This document shows positions 35,788-49,050 of a DNA stretch of 64,000 nt, one piece after another; positions within the stretch are counted from its first letter, which is position 1; every line of letters starts with the position of its first letter. The stretch comes from Mytilus californianus. Its lineage: Eukaryota. The position numbers and the translations under genes are program-made. Location: contig NW_026262582.1 of the NCBI RefSeq assembly GCF_021869535.1, positions 53,568,001 to 53,632,000 of the forward strand. The letters run 5' to 3'. The notes under the pieces were generated by a model. It saw nothing but the letters and a program-made list of their open reading frames with translations, ran no database searches and was not told the DNA's origin.

Positions 35788-37066
35788 TTAATGAGGGGGG
35801 CTAGGGGGGTTCCAATAACAGCAAAACAGCAAATTGATTTTGCTTATAACTGATAACAAGGAATTGAAAAGGGATAAAAACAGATAACAGTAAATGAATA
35901 ATTAAAATCAGTCGGGTCCAGGACAAATCCAGTATATATCTTATTGTAATCCTTTGTAATGAATTCCATTTTCTATGAACATGTTTTTAGAGTTATATAT
36001 CTAGAATTGGTTTACTCAATGTATGATAATATTTTTTTGTTATGGAATACTTTTTTCAGCATTTATTTTTGTACTTTTAAAGAAGCCCACACATGCTTGT
36101 AATTTAAATAGTGAGTGTATTCTTAGAATAGAATCACAGAGCTGAGTCTGTGTTCCTTATTATATAAAAGGTGTTTAGGTTAACTGGTCGTATGGATCTA
36201 GGACTTTGCCATCCTCATCAGGTATCCCTGGCCATATGTTTTCCTTTTTGTCAAAGCGAGACAGTGATCACACATTCCGTCAGTGATGTCGTCGTCAGGG
36301 GCATCCACAAATATTCACTCTGTGGTTAATGTTTTTAAAAGTTGAATAACTTTCTTAAAATATCCTGGATTTCTACCAAACTTGGACAGAAGCTTGTTTG
36401 TGATCATAAAATAGTATCCAGAAGTAAATTTTTTTATCCCTTTACGTAAAAATCAAGACAATTCTAAATACATGTTCATAGAAAAAGGAATTTATTACAA
36501 AGGATAATAATAATATATACTGTAATGGTCCTGGACCCAACTAATATTAAAATGTTTATGTGATGATCTGTGATTAAATATAAGAATATGTGGTATGAGT
36601 GTCAATGAGACAACTCTCCATCCAAGTCACAATTTGTAAAAGTAAACCATTAATATAGGTCAAAGTACGGTCTTCAACACGGAGCCTTGGCTCACACCGA
36701 ACAGCAAGCCATAAAGGGCCCTAAAAATGACTAGTCTACTGTAAACCCATTCAAATGTCTATATGTTAATTGAATCCTTCTCCGAATACGGGACCACCAG
36801 GTTACTAGTGGAAAGATCCCAATTCAATTTCTACTGAAGATTGGCTGTCAAAATGCTAACATTTCAATTTTCAATAACAGTTAACAGCAAATACATTCTC
36901 ACAATAACAGATAACAAAAAAACTAATAGTCCAATAACAGCTAACAAGGAATAAGACAATAACAGCTAACAGCAAATATATTTTCAGAATAACAGATAAC
37001 AAAGAATTAAATTGCCCCAAAACAGCATAACAGTTAAACCCCTTCCCTCCCCCCCCCCTCATTTAA
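35788..37066. mobile_element. Composite MITE-like element with G/C-tract termini and nested insertions
   Basis: ATGAGGGGGGG at ~35791 is inverted to CCCCCCCTCAT at ~37062; AATAACAGATAAC-type subterminal repeats at both ends; TTAA/TTTA flanks. Confidence 0.55.
36578..36735. mobile_element. SINE-like interspersed repeat fragment
   Basis: GTATGAGTGTCAATGAGACAACTCTCCATCCAAGTCACAATTTGTAAAAGTAAACCATT; near-identical to 51947-52245. Confidence 0.85.
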
Positions 37067-37394
37067 GTGTTGTTGCCAAGCAAAACAAGTTTTAAACTTA
37101 TTGACTTCAATTTTTGTCAACTTAAAATTATGAACAAATTGTTTGAACAATGTGTTAATAGCTGAAAGGCAAAATTCATTTAAAATATCCCCCACAAGTA
37201 AGAACTAGAAAATATACAAGTATAAATCAAATAGCAAATAAAGCAAAAATTCTGTAAATACATTAATTACATCTGTTTTTCTACATGCAATTAGACACTG
37301 TTTTTTTTTTTTCATACAGAACAGAAAAAAGGGGAACACATTTTCAATGCATGTAGAATTTTTCTCTCTAACAAGTTCAATCAAATACACATAC

Positions 37395-37700
37395 TTATTT
37401 CTTTCACTGGTTTAACTTTGTCTTTGGTCTGTAATGGTGGACTTTGACCTTCTTTGTTTATGGCGATGATTTGGTAGACATATTCATTTCCCAGGACCAT
37501 ATCACTGACAGTAAATTCTGTGGATGTTGGTGAAACTTCTCCCACTTTTTTAAATGTTGATCGTCTTGTATCACGACCTTCTATGATGTAAGCTGTAAGT
37601 GGTGATCCTCCGTCACTTTTAGGTGGTTTCCATGACAATACAGCAGATTTTTCAGTAATGTCAGTGACCTCTATTGGACCTTCAGGTGCTGATGGTTTGT
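37395..37700 (-). CDS. Exon: Fn3-array domain 23 (B)
   Basis: 306 nt; DKPSAPEGP...AINKEG...PVKEI. Confidence 0.9.
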
Positions 37701-38247
37701 CTTAAATAAAAAAGAATCATTTATTGATACCAGTTAAGATTTAAACTGCTGTAAATGATAGTTCACAAATTAAAATAGTGTTGTATCTTGGGAAGGCTAT
37801 TGTTTTGAATGTTTTTGATGGATAAAGTGTAGATTGCTTAACAAGGACACTGAAAAATATAATTTACAAGGACAGAAGTTACATTTTTTAATGAATCCAT
37901 TTCTATCACTAATTTAACAAAACATATTTGTTCTTTTATTTAAACAAATCCATGTTCTTTCATCATTCTAATAATTTTATTGGAAAATACTAAATGAATT
38001 CTAAAGTAAGTACCTTACAATATGTTTAAGTTAGAACAATTGTTATGTTGTATTGTTTGTTAAAACAATTATTTGCAAATACATTACTTAAATAATAAAT
38101 TAACATACCAATGCCACATCTGAAGCTAATATGATTTATTAACAAATCCATGCCACATTTGAGGTTTATCTTTTAAGTTAAATTCCCTGTTTTTTATATA
38201 CAGATGCAGTTGTCATAATCATCTAAAATAATTATTATAAAATTTAC

Positions 38248-38871
38248 CATAAGGACTCTTGGCTTTGTGAGGTTTGTCAGATTCCAGTGGTTTACTCTGA
38301 CCCACTTTGTTCTCAGCTGTGACTCTGTAGATATATTCCTTTCCTTCCTGGAGTTTGTCAGCAACGCAAGATGTCACATCTCCACTGACACGTTTCACTG
38401 GGGACCATAAGTTTCTGGAGGGTTCACGTTTTTCAATGATGTAACCTGTGATTGGTGAACCTCCATCTGATTTTGGTGGTTGCCATGACAATGTCATGGA
38501 ATCTTTCAGAATGTCCTTGACTTCTAGTGGACCTTCAGGTTTTTCTGGTTTTTCAGGTCTTTCTGAAGTTGGTGCTGCTTTTTCTATTTTAAAAGAATCT
38601 GAGGTCAGAGGTTTACTTGGTCCAACTTTGTTAACAGCATAAACTCTGAAACTATACTGTTTACCATCTTCTAATTCTTTGACAGTGAAGGTGTTGCTAA
38701 ATTTATCTACTTTTCCAACTGGGATCCAGTCCTCACCATTTGTTGAAGATTCAATGACAAACTCAAGAACTGATGCTCCACCATCACTGTCAGGTGACTT
38801 CCATGATAGGTCACATGATTTTGGTTTGATGTTGGAGACTTTGAGTGGTCCTCTTGGTGATTCTGGGACAG
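38248..38871 (-). CDS. Exon: Fn3-array domains 21-22 (C+A double exon, extended linker)
   Basis: 624 nt; AVPESPRGP...KAAPTSERPEKPEKPEGP...AKSPY. Confidence 0.9.
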
Positions 38872-39382
38872 CTGTAAAAATAACCAAAACATTTACCATG
38901 CATTTCATCATGCCCATCTATAATCAAAGACTTTCCATTATTCAATTCAGAACAGGAATTTGGATGTGTGCACCAAAATCTAGTTTCTAAAGTCAATGTT
39001 ATAAAAACCACTGACCAAGTCTTAAAATTACACAAAGCTAAACAATATGTGAAAATCATTGAGATTGGATCACTGAAATTACTGACTGCTATAATTGTCT
39101 TTTCCCTTATTGTTTTAAGCATGAATAAGGCTATTGGATTTCTCTCTTGAATTGTTTCACATTTTGTCATTCTGGGGTCTTCTGTTGCTGCCATATGGTA
39201 TGGGCTTTGTTCAATATGAAATCTGTACAGTGAATTGGGTAGAGTTGTTTACATCCAATTCCATTGGTCATATTTTTATAATCTTTCATGATGTATAACC
39301 TTTAATATTTTGTCTTTGAAAACCTATGTATATTTAGAACATGTGTATTATGTTATTTGTCAATTTAATTGAAAATACATAC

Positions 39383-39688
39383 AGATCTTTTTGGTTGGTT
39401 TAACTTTGTCTTTGGTCTGTAATGGTGGACTTTGACCTTCTTTGTTTACAGCGATGATTTGGTAGACATATTCATTTCCCAGAGCCAAATCTCTGACAGT
39501 AAATTCTGTGGATGTTGGTGAAACTTCTCCCACTTTTTTAAATGTTGAACGTCTGGTTTCACGTCCTTCTATGATGTAGGCTGTAAGTGGTGATCCACCA
39601 TCACTCTTTGGTGGTTTCCATGACAATACAGCAGATTTCTCTGTTACATCAGTGACCTCTATTGGACCTTCAGGTGCTGATGGCTTAT
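39383..39688 (-). CDS. Exon: Fn3-array domain 20 (B)
   Basis: 306 nt; DKPSAPEGPIEV...AVNKEG...PTKKI. Confidence 0.9.
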
Positions 39689-39848
39689 CTGAAAACATAA
39701 ATGTATCAATCATAACTGTTATCCTATGGTCCAAAAAGATAAGGAAACCTTACTTTCAACAAAGGAAATTTTCTTTTTATATACTTTTATAGTAAGTTTA
39801 CTGTTTAGTATATTTCTCTGCAAGTATGATACATGTAGCAATACTTAC

Positions 39849-40454
39849 CATAAGAACTCTTGGCTTTGTGAGGTTTGTCAGATTCCAGTGGTTTACTCTG
39901 ACCCACTTTGTTCTCTGCTGTGACTCTGTAGATATATTCCTTTCCTTCCTGGAGTTTGTCAGCAATGCAAGATGTCACATCTCCACTTACACGTTTCACT
40001 GGGGACCATAAGTTTCTAGAGGGTTCACGTTTTTCAATGATGTAACCTGTGATTGGTGAATTTCCATCTGATGTTGGTGGTTGCCATGACAATGTCATGG
40101 AATCCTTATGAATGTCCTTGACTTCTAGTGGTCCTTCAGGTTTTTCAGGAACTGATGGTGCTTTTTCTATTTTAACAGAATCTGAAGTCAGAGGTTTACT
40201 TGGTCCAACTTTGTTAACAGCACAAACTCTGAAGCTATACTGTTTACCATCTTCTAATTCTTTGACTTTGAAGGTGTTGCTAAATTTATCTACTTTTCCA
40301 ACTGGGATCCAGTCCTCACCATTTGTTGAAGATTCAATGACAAACTCAACAACTGGTGCTCCACCATCGTTGTCAGGTGATTTCCATGTTAGGTCACATG
40401 ATTTTGGTGTGATGTTTGATAATTTTAGTGGTCCTCTTGGTGAATCTGGTACAG
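39849..40454 (-). CDS. Exon: Fn3-array domains 18-19 (C+A double exon)
   Basis: 606 nt; AVPDSPRGP...AKSSY. Confidence 0.9.
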
Positions 40455-40917
40455 CTGTTAAAATAAGATTTGTTTTATATAATAAACTTTTTTTTATAAA
40501 CCTAAAACACTCAGATGCACACATGCAATTTATTTAACAAAAAAACAAGGATTTTTAATGTAAGCATATTCCAGATGAGAATAGAAAATCAAGGTACTGC
40601 GTAATTCTACTGACAACACGAACCATTTCAATTATCAAGATCTGATTAGTATGATTTTTTCTTATAATTTGTTTTCTCAATAAGACTGTTGAGTAAGAGA
40701 AATTTTTTTAAACACCTGTCTTTTAATGAAACAGTATGTTGACCTATAGATGTGTTTTGATATTGTGTCATAGGGTAGCTGTTGCAATGAAATATATGCC
40801 ACATCTTTTTAATAATTTCAAGAAAATATTTATTTTATATAGTTCAACAGTAAAGCCTAATCGAACAAATTCAGGCATAAAAATAAGTACCATTTAAAAA
40901 AATGTACTTATATTTAC

Positions 40918-41223
40918 CTGCTTGTTTTGTGGGTTTTATGGATTCCCTTGTTTCAAGTGCTGGACTGATTCCCTCCTTGTTCTCCGCCAGAACACGGTAT
41001 GTGTATGTGTTTCCTTCAAACATGTTGTTAGCTTTGTAGGTTGTTGTCTCTGGTGATACTTTGTCAACTTTGACCCAATTAGAACGTTTGTTGTCTTTCC
41101 TTTCAATAATGTAACCAGAAAGAGGCAAGCCTCCATCTGACTTTGGTGGTTTCCATGACAACACGGCAGATTTTTCTGTTAAATCTGACACATCTAAAGG
41201 ACCTTCAGGTGCACTTGGTTTGT
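40918..41223 (-). CDS. Exon: Fn3-array domain 17 (B)
   Basis: 306 nt; DKPSAPEGPLDV...AENKEG...PTKQA. Confidence 0.9.
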
Positions 41224-41889
41224 CTGAAACAAAAAAAAACTCTTTATATACCAACAAATAACTTATTTATTTTAAATGAAAATATGATAAGATTTGCATA
41301 AGAATTAGGAAAAATTTTGCATTTTAATCATTGATGAACAGTCATGAAGTTGTACAAAGTATTATTTTTCAATGCGTGAAATTTACGTCTTTGGTTTTGA
41401 AATAATTGAATAATATCTACTTTCAAAGGTTGCGCAAAATGTTTTGAATCAGACTGATATTTACAATACTTTTTCCTAAATTTCCAATACAGTTTCTACT
41501 CATCATAAAAAATGAATAACAGAATTTATTGAATATGTTTTTAATGAAATGTGGCTTATGAGAAAATCATTTCACATTTACATATCACTGTAGATTGTGT
41601 TTATCCTTGAATGATTAAAAGCTTGAAGTTGTGTACTTCCTAATATTAATAATATTGTCTGACATTTGTTCTTTTCCATAGGCTTAATAAAAAAAACCAG
41701 ATCTGGACAGGCAAATATAGAAATGTCAATTTTAACTGTATGATAACTATCTTATCCAAATTTTCATGTTCCAAGCACATGTGGCACATAGCATGATTTT
41801 TTTTTAATTTGCAGTATACAAAAAATGTTTTCTACAATTTCTAAATAAAATTGATGGATAGTAAGCCGCACAAATCCACTTAAACTTAC

Positions 41890-42195
41890 CAAATTTACTC
41901 TTTGGTGTGATGGCTTTTGGTGTTTCAAGGTAGTCAGATTTTCCGACAACATTTTCAGCACAGATCCTAAAGTAATATTCCTGTTTTTCCTTCAATTTAT
42001 CAACAGTAAAGGTACAAGTGTCAGGTTCAGTTTTTCCTGCTGGCATCCATTTTGCTTTCCAACTGTCACGGCTTTCTATGTTATAGGCAGTGATTGGTGA
42101 TCCACCATCTTTGGGGCTTGGTTTCCATGACAATGTTACTTTGTCCTTTGAAATGTCAGTAGCTTCCAATGGAGCTCCTGGTACATCTGGCTTTT
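41890..42195 (-). CDS. Exon: Fn3-array domain 16 (A)
   Basis: 306 nt; EKPDVPGAPLEA...PKSKF. Confidence 0.9.
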
Positions 42196-42590
42196 CTAAA
42201 AAGTCAGCAATGTAACAATATTAATAATAGTTCATTAAAACACATCTATCTTATTTGCTTAGAGATATTAATTGCTTTAGGCAATAATGATGTGTTCTCA
42301 GTCTTGTTATGTCTGAAATTGTTGAATCTTCTATGTGTTTAGTTCCACTGGGTAAACTAATTATCTGTTTAAGTATTTCAATATTAAACAAAAAGATTAA
42401 TACTAAGGTATCTTTATCATGCATAAGGTTTCAATCATCATCAACATTACAAATATAGAACAGTACATAATAAAAGTGAAGTTAATTTGATAAATGGCCA
42501 ATGACTTGTATTTTACATGATAGATTCAGTTACAATTTTCCAAAAACCTTTGAATTAAGAATCATAATTAACTCTAAAACAAATATATAC

Positions 42591-42893
42591 CTTTAGGTTT
42601 ACTTGGTTTTACTGATTGGTCAGTTTCAACTTGTTTTCCAATTCCTGCCTCATTTTCAGCTGCCAAAGCAAAGTAGTAATCTACACCTTCCTCAAGATCT
42701 TTAACAGTAAAGTGTTCATCGTAACTATTGACTTTAGCCACATCTGTCCAGTTGTCTGGTTGACCTTTGGCCAGTCTTATGTGATAGGCAGTAATCTTGG
42801 TGTTTCCATCTGATTTAGGTTTACCCCATTCAAGATCTGCAAAGTCCTTTCCAGTTTTAGTGACTTTGACGAAGCTGGGTGCTCCTGGGGTTG
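42591..42893 (-). CDS. Exon: Fn3-array domain 15 (D)
   Basis: 303 nt; TPGAPSFVKV...FALAAENEAG...PSKPK. Confidence 0.9.
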
Positions 42894-43190
42894 CTGTGTA
42901 GTATAAATTATGAACCTTAGTTTTTATTTCTGTTTTTGTATATATAAAATGACCCATGAGTATAGTAAGTAATTAAGTTGTGTTATTATATATATTTTGG
43001 AATAGAAATAAGGGATTTTTAATTTTTTTTTTTTTAATTTTCAAATAATTTAAATCACTCTGATTTTTTCTCAGAAGAGCTTTTCTATAAAAAAATATCA
43101 GTTACTAAAACTTTGAATTTTCCTCATATTTTTGGGTATCATTTTCACAGTACAAGATTAAATAAATAAAATAAGATCAAATTAACGTAC

Positions 43191-43496
43191 TTATTTCCTT
43201 GGTTGGTTTAACGTTGTGTTTGGTCTGTAGTGGTGGACTTTGTCCTTCTTTGTTTACAGCAATGACTTGGTAGATATATTCATTTCCCAGTGCCAAATCT
43301 CTGACAGTAAATTCTGTGGATGCTGGTGAAACTTCTCCCACTTTTTTGAATGTTGAACGTCTGGTTTCTCGACCTTCTATGATGTAGGCTGTTAGCTGTG
43401 ACCCACCATCACTCTTTGGTGGTTTCCATGACAACACAGCAGATTTCTCTGTTACATCAGTGACCTCTATTGGACCTTCAGGTGCTGATGGTTTGT
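43191..43496 (-). CDS. Exon: Fn3-array domain 14 (B)
   Basis: 306 nt; DKPSAPEGPIEV...AVNKEG...PTKEI. Confidence 0.9.
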
Positions 43497-43774
43497 CTGA
43501 AAAAAAGATTGAAAATGATTACTGAATAGGCACCTTTAATTCCTATGTTTTTTCTCTTCAAACCAATGTTGTAATTTGTATAAATGTTATAACCACTTCA
43601 AAAAGCATATGTTTATTCATTTATCTCATGTTTTGTAAATTTGAGTTATGAGTTCAACTAAACGGACTGTCTTATCAAGTTTCCATTTGAGTAAGCTACT
43701 AGACCAGTAGTTTCTATAATCGAATTTAATGTCCAATTTGTCAGCTGCTAACTGGTCCATTTATTGTAACTTAC

Positions 43775-44380
43775 CATAAGGACTCTTGGCCCTGTGAGGT
43801 TTGTCAGATTCCAGTGGTTTACTCTGACCCACTTTGTTCTCAGCTGTGACTCTGTAGATATATTCCTTTCCTTCCTGGAGTTTGTCAGCAACACAAGATG
43901 TCACATCTCCACTGACACGTTTCACTGGGGACCATAAGTTTCTAGAGGGTTCACGTTTTTCAATGATGTAACCTGTGATTGGTGAATTTCCATCTGATGT
44001 TGGTGGTTGCCATGACAATGTCATGGAATCCTTATGAATGTCCTTGACTTCTAGTGGTCCTTCAGGTTTTTCAGGAACTGATGGTGCTTTTTCTATTTTA
44101 ACAGAATCTGAAGTCAGAGGTTTACTTGGTCCAACTTTGTTAACAGCACAAACTCTGAAGCTGTACTGTTTACCATCTTCTAGTTCTTTGACAGTGAAGG
44201 TGTTGGTAAATTTATCTACTTTTCCAACTGGGATCCAGTCCTCACCATTTGTTGAAGATTCAATGACAAACTCAACAACTGGTGCTCCACCATCGTTGTC
44301 AGGTGACTTCCATGTTAGGTCACATGATTTTGGTTTGATGTTGGAGACCTTGAGTGGTCCTCTTGGTGATTCTGGGACAG
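43775..44380 (-). CDS. Exon: Fn3-array domains 12-13 (C+A double exon)
   Basis: 606 nt; AVPESPRGP...IEKAPSVPEKPEGP...AKSPY. Confidence 0.9.
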
Positions 44381-44578
44381 CTGTAAACATATAAGATGAG
44401 AACAGGTTTAATTTAGGAAAAGCATAGGAAAAAAAATGTTTAATGCTCTACTACTTTTGATATCCAGGTTTATTCCTAGTTGATGATATTTCTATTCAAT
44501 AATCCTCACTAATATCTCACACATATTTTTTTCATAGGTAATGAAAGAGTTATCTGCCTTACAAAATTATCACCATAC

Positions 44579-44884
44579 CTGCTAGTTTTGTTGGTTTGAT
44601 GGATTCTCTTGTTTCCAATGCTGGACCAACTCCTTCTTCATTCTCAGCTAGAACACGGTAAGTGTATGTGTTTCCTTCCAACATGTTGTTTACTTTGTAG
44701 GTTGTTGTCTCAGGTGATACTTTGTCAACTTTGACCCAGTTAGGACGTTTGTTGTCTTTCCTTTCAATAATGTAACCAGAAAGAGGCAAACCTCCATCTG
44801 ATTTTGGTGGTTTCCATGACAACACAGCAGATTTTTCAGTTAGATCTGCAACCTCAAATGGACCTTCAGGTGCACTTGGTTTGT
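44579..44884 (-). CDS. Exon: Fn3-array domain 11 (B)
   Basis: 306 nt; DKPSAPEGPFEV...AENEEG...PTKLA. Confidence 0.9.
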
Positions 44885-45178
44885 CTGAATAAAAACATTT
44901 TTGGTCACAATTTTTGCTAGACAATACAGTGTGGTTATTAAATATTATGCAACAACCAAAGCTGATTTAAACCGTATGCACTTTGCAAAAATGAAAATTA
45001 AAGGAAACTATTTTACAAATATATTTATTTTCTATGCAGAGAAGTTTTAACTCGAATTGTTAATAAGTATTTGATAAATATATATAGATAGATATTATTA
45101 TTCATTTTAATGTTATTACATAAACTTTTGATCAATTTTTCAATTATACATATCAAAATAAAAAAAAAAAGTGTTTAC

Positions 45179-45478
45179 CAAAAGCACTCTTAGGAATAAC
45201 AGTTTCTGAAGTCAGTGGTTCAGAAACTCCTATTTCATTAACTGCCATTACTCTGAACATGTATTCTGCATTGGTCTTTAATCTCTGCACACAGTATGTT
45301 ATATCTGGTTTGATCTTGTCAACCTTTGACCAGGTTCGATCTCTTACTTCTTTCATTTCTAACTGGTATCCTGTGATTGGTGATCCTCCATCATCCTTTG
45401 GTGGTTTCCATGACAATATGACTGATGTCTTGGTTAGATCAGAGAATTCAATAGGTCCTTGTGGTGCTGATGGTTTTT
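45179..45478 (-). CDS. Exon: Fn3-array domain 10 (A)
   Basis: 300 nt; EKPSAPQGP...PKSAF. Confidence 0.9.
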
Positions 45479-45868
45479 CTAAAAATCAAATATTATTTTT
45501 AATATGTAGGCCAAGGATTTAAAAAATAAGCATATTTTGAAGTATAAAAATCATTGAAATCCGGATTAACTTGAACTAGGAACATGTGTTGCAGTTTTTA
45601 ATGACCCCATAATATTACTGAATATTTCTATATTTTTTATAATGTTCATTTTAACAAATGACTGATTGTTTATGTTTAATATGAAAAGATAAAATTCAAA
45701 AGCAACTTTTGATGTGAAAATCATTAGTACTTACAAAAACATATGTAGAGTGCAGATGAATTTGCATGCTTGCAAAGGAACTCAATTTTATTTTCTCATA
45801 TAATTTAACTATTGACAGGAAAACAAATATTGTGTAAATATCGATGAGATAACATTCCAAAGAAATAC

Positions 45869-46171
45869 CTGGCTTCTTGTGTAGAGTCACAGGAGACTCT
45901 AGCTCTGCAAGTTGTCCTGGGCCAATTTTGTTTTCAGCAGAAACTGCAAATTGGTAAGGTTTGTCTGTTCTAAGATTTTTGGCTGTGTAGGATGTGTCAA
46001 ATGATCCAACACTCCCAATCTTTTTCCAGTCTTCAGAATCATCCTCTTTCATGAATATCTGGTATCCAGTGACCTTTGATCCACCAATGTCCTTTGGTGC
46101 TTTCCATTCCAAGGTCACCTTGTCAGTGTTCTTAGTCTTGATCTTCAAATTTTCTGGTGCTTGTGGTGCCT
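45869..46171 (-). CDS. Exon: Fn3-array domain 9 (D)
   Basis: 303 nt; EAPQAPENL...FAVSAENKIG...HKKP. Confidence 0.9.
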
Positions 46172-46589
46172 CTGCAAATAAACCCTAGTTTTTTTATTTC
46201 TTGTTTTCACTTGGCTCCAAATTTCATTCAAAAAATGGAGAAAAAAAGAAATCAAAAGTATTTTACTGCACTCTTAATAGATTGAAAGCAGGCCAATAAT
46301 TAACAATATTGACAAATGTATTTCAAATTTATTTCCATAAACAATTACCAGTACATCAGTATATCTTTTACACTAATGATATTTTCATGGGCAGAGAAAA
46401 TGTTGCATTTTAGAAGGGATTTCTTTTGGGGGAGGAGTTCAATTAAAAGAAATTATTTCATTTATGTACATTGAAAGGAGTTCTTTTTCCTAATGGCAAT
46501 CTAATGTTGACCTCTAGTTGTCTTTTTGTGTTAATGTGTTGACGTCTCATTGATTTATGCCCAAACATCTCCATTAGATTCATACTGAT

Positions 46590-46927
46590 AAGTAGGAGGA
46601 GGGTTGAGCGCTCACAAACATGTTTAACCCCGCCGCATTCTTTATGTGCCTGTCCCAAGTCAGGAGCCTATAGTTCAGTGGTTGTCGTTGGTTTATGTCT
46701 GTCATATTTGTTTTTCGTTAATTGTTTTGTTATAAATTAGGCTGTTAGTTTTCTCAATTGAATTGTTTCATATTTTTCATGTCAGGGCCTTTTATAGCCG
46801 ACTATACGGTATGGGTTTTTGTCATTGTTGAAGGCTGTAGGGTTGCCTATAATTGCTTACATCCACTTTATTTGAACATTGATGGATAGTTGTCTCATCA
46901 TCAATCATACCTCATCTCCTTATTTTT
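46590..46927. mobile_element. Related SINE-like repeat (opposite orientation)
   Basis: CCTGTCCCAAGTCAGGAG ... GATAGTTGTCTCAT...CATACCTCATCTCCTTATTTTT; same family motifs as 51947, reversed. Confidence 0.7.
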
Positions 46928-46995
46928 ATAATGTTACTGTAACATAAATGAGATTGTAAACATGGTAAAATACAATATCATAAAGGATATCTGAC

Positions 46996-47301
46996 CTAGT
47001 TGTTTTTGAGGTCTGACAGATTTGACTGATTCCAATGGAGCTCCAGGTCCTTCTTCATTGACAGCTGAAACCCTGAAGTAATAGTCACCACCTTCCAAAA
47101 GTTTGTCAGCAATAAAGATTGTCTTGTCTGCACTGACATCTCCACATTTGGACCATGTTGTACGTTTAGAGTCTTTGGCCTCTATGATATAATTAGATAT
47201 TGGTAGACCACCATCCTTTGTTGGCGGTCTCCATGAAAGTGTGACTGAATCCTTGGTTATGTCAGAGAATTCTAATGGTCCTACTGGTTTTCCTGGTTTG
47301 T
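46996..47301 (-). CDS. Exon: Fn3-array domain 8 (B); absent from the ORF track
   Basis: 306 nt; DKPGKPVGPLEFSDITKDSVTLSWRPP...AVNEEG...PQKQL. Confidence 0.88.
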
Positions 47302-47786
47302 CTATTGAAAATATTATTAATTTTTCATGTTTATTTGTTTAATTTTGTTATATGATTCTCCAATTTGGAGATAAACATTGGATTTCAGGAAAGCTAACAA
47401 ATCTCCAGCTCAAAGAAAAATATATTGAAACAAATGTTTAATGCATTATTTACACTAAGAATGAATGAAATCATTAGAATCTGTTATTATGATTATTTGT
47501 TCTAATAAAAATTAAAAAATTAAAAAAGATATTAATTGCATACCAAATTTTAAGAAATACTTCTGGATACACCATAAAAATTTACAACCAGACAGATTGT
47601 TGCATATTTTTCAAATTGAGCGTTTTCTTTTACTGGAACAAGTACAAGAATTCTCTACCACCAAAAGACAAAATATACGAGGTAGAAATGTTAAAGACAG
47701 CACAAATTTGATTTAAAAATCTTGAAATGACTTGAACTAAATATCTAAACATATTGGATTCATTACAAATGAATGTTGTAACATAC

Positions 47787-48092
47787 CAAATTCACTCTTA
47801 GGAACAATTATTTTGTCTGTCTCTAGAGCTGGACTTCTTCCAAGTTTGTTTTCTGCTGTCACATGGAACATGTAATCTGTTCCTTCTGTCAAGTTCTTTA
47901 CTGTGTATGTTGTGTCATCAGGACTGATCTTATCACAGAGGGACCAGGTTGTACGTCTACCTTCCTTCTTTTCTATGATGTAGCCAGTCAGTGGAGATCC
48001 ACCATCTTTAGATGGAGGTTTCCATGACAACTTGACTGAAGTTTTAGTGATTTCTGATGTATCTAATGGTCCTACTGGTTTTTCTGGTGGTC
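47787..48092 (-). CDS. Exon: Fn3-array domain 7 (A)
   Basis: 306 nt; GPPEKPVGP...PKSEF. Confidence 0.9.
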
Positions 48093-48367
48093 CTGATAAA
48101 GAAAAAGAATATACAATTGCATGTGCATTCAAAAACTTTATTTTGTTGAGAAAAAGATTATTCACAGCAGTTTGTTTATTGGACTTTTAATTAATAACTT
48201 TCCACATACATTGTACTAAAAAACTCATAATCAAATAAAAAAACAGAAACAAAAAAAGCAAAAGTACTTTCTGAATGTTTCCTTAAATGAGAGGTTGCAC
48301 TGTTGACTGTCAACTAATTTTTGCAATTACAAATATTGCAATAGATTTGGCTTGTTAGATATCATAC

Positions 48368-48670
48368 CTGCAGGTTTCTTGGGAACTACTGTAGATTCAA
48401 GTTGACACATATCACCAAGACCTACAGAGTTCTCAGCTGCAACAGCAAATGTGTACTCAACTCCATCCTTTAGTTTGGCAACCTTGTAGCTATTATCAAA
48501 TGGTTTTAATGTAGCTACAGTGGTCCAGTCATCTGATGGTCCCTCCTTCATCTTGACAACATATCCTTTAATTTTTTCCCCTCCAGTTGTTGTGGGTGGT
48601 GTCCAGTCCAATGTAACATAGTCTGGACCTACTTTGGCAGTTGTCAGCTTTTCTGGTGGGCCTGGTTTTT
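48368..48670 (-). CDS. Exon: Fn3-array domain 6 (D)
   Basis: 303 nt; EKPGPPEKL...FAVAAENSVG...PKKPA. Confidence 0.9.
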
Positions 48671-49050
48671 CTGTAGAACAATTAATACATTGTAAAACAA
48701 AAGTCTGTTCATCTTTTTGTTTTAAAATTTTATTTTTACTGAAGGGAATGTTTTATGAGAAGGAAATTTTACAAGTTTGAGACACCTAGCTGATCAAACC
48801 AACTTTCCAGTGTTTAGTGCCTGTACAAAGTCAGAAATATGACATTCATTACTTCATTTGTTCCAATTTCTCAATATCTCTGGACTTCAACTTCTAATGT
48901 TCTCTTTGAATAAAACAATTTTAAAATACATACATTATTAGTTTTTGAGTCATGGATTACAACATTTGAAACTGATTTAGCAATAGTCTGTGTCTTATAT
49001 TCCTTCCTATTCATATGCTTAAAAGCCAAAGTTTACCTAAAATTACATCA

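Noticed and set aside
38950-39194. MAATEDPRMTKCETIQERNP as an alternative first exon
   Set aside because: There is no GT donor at the point needed to join the next exon.
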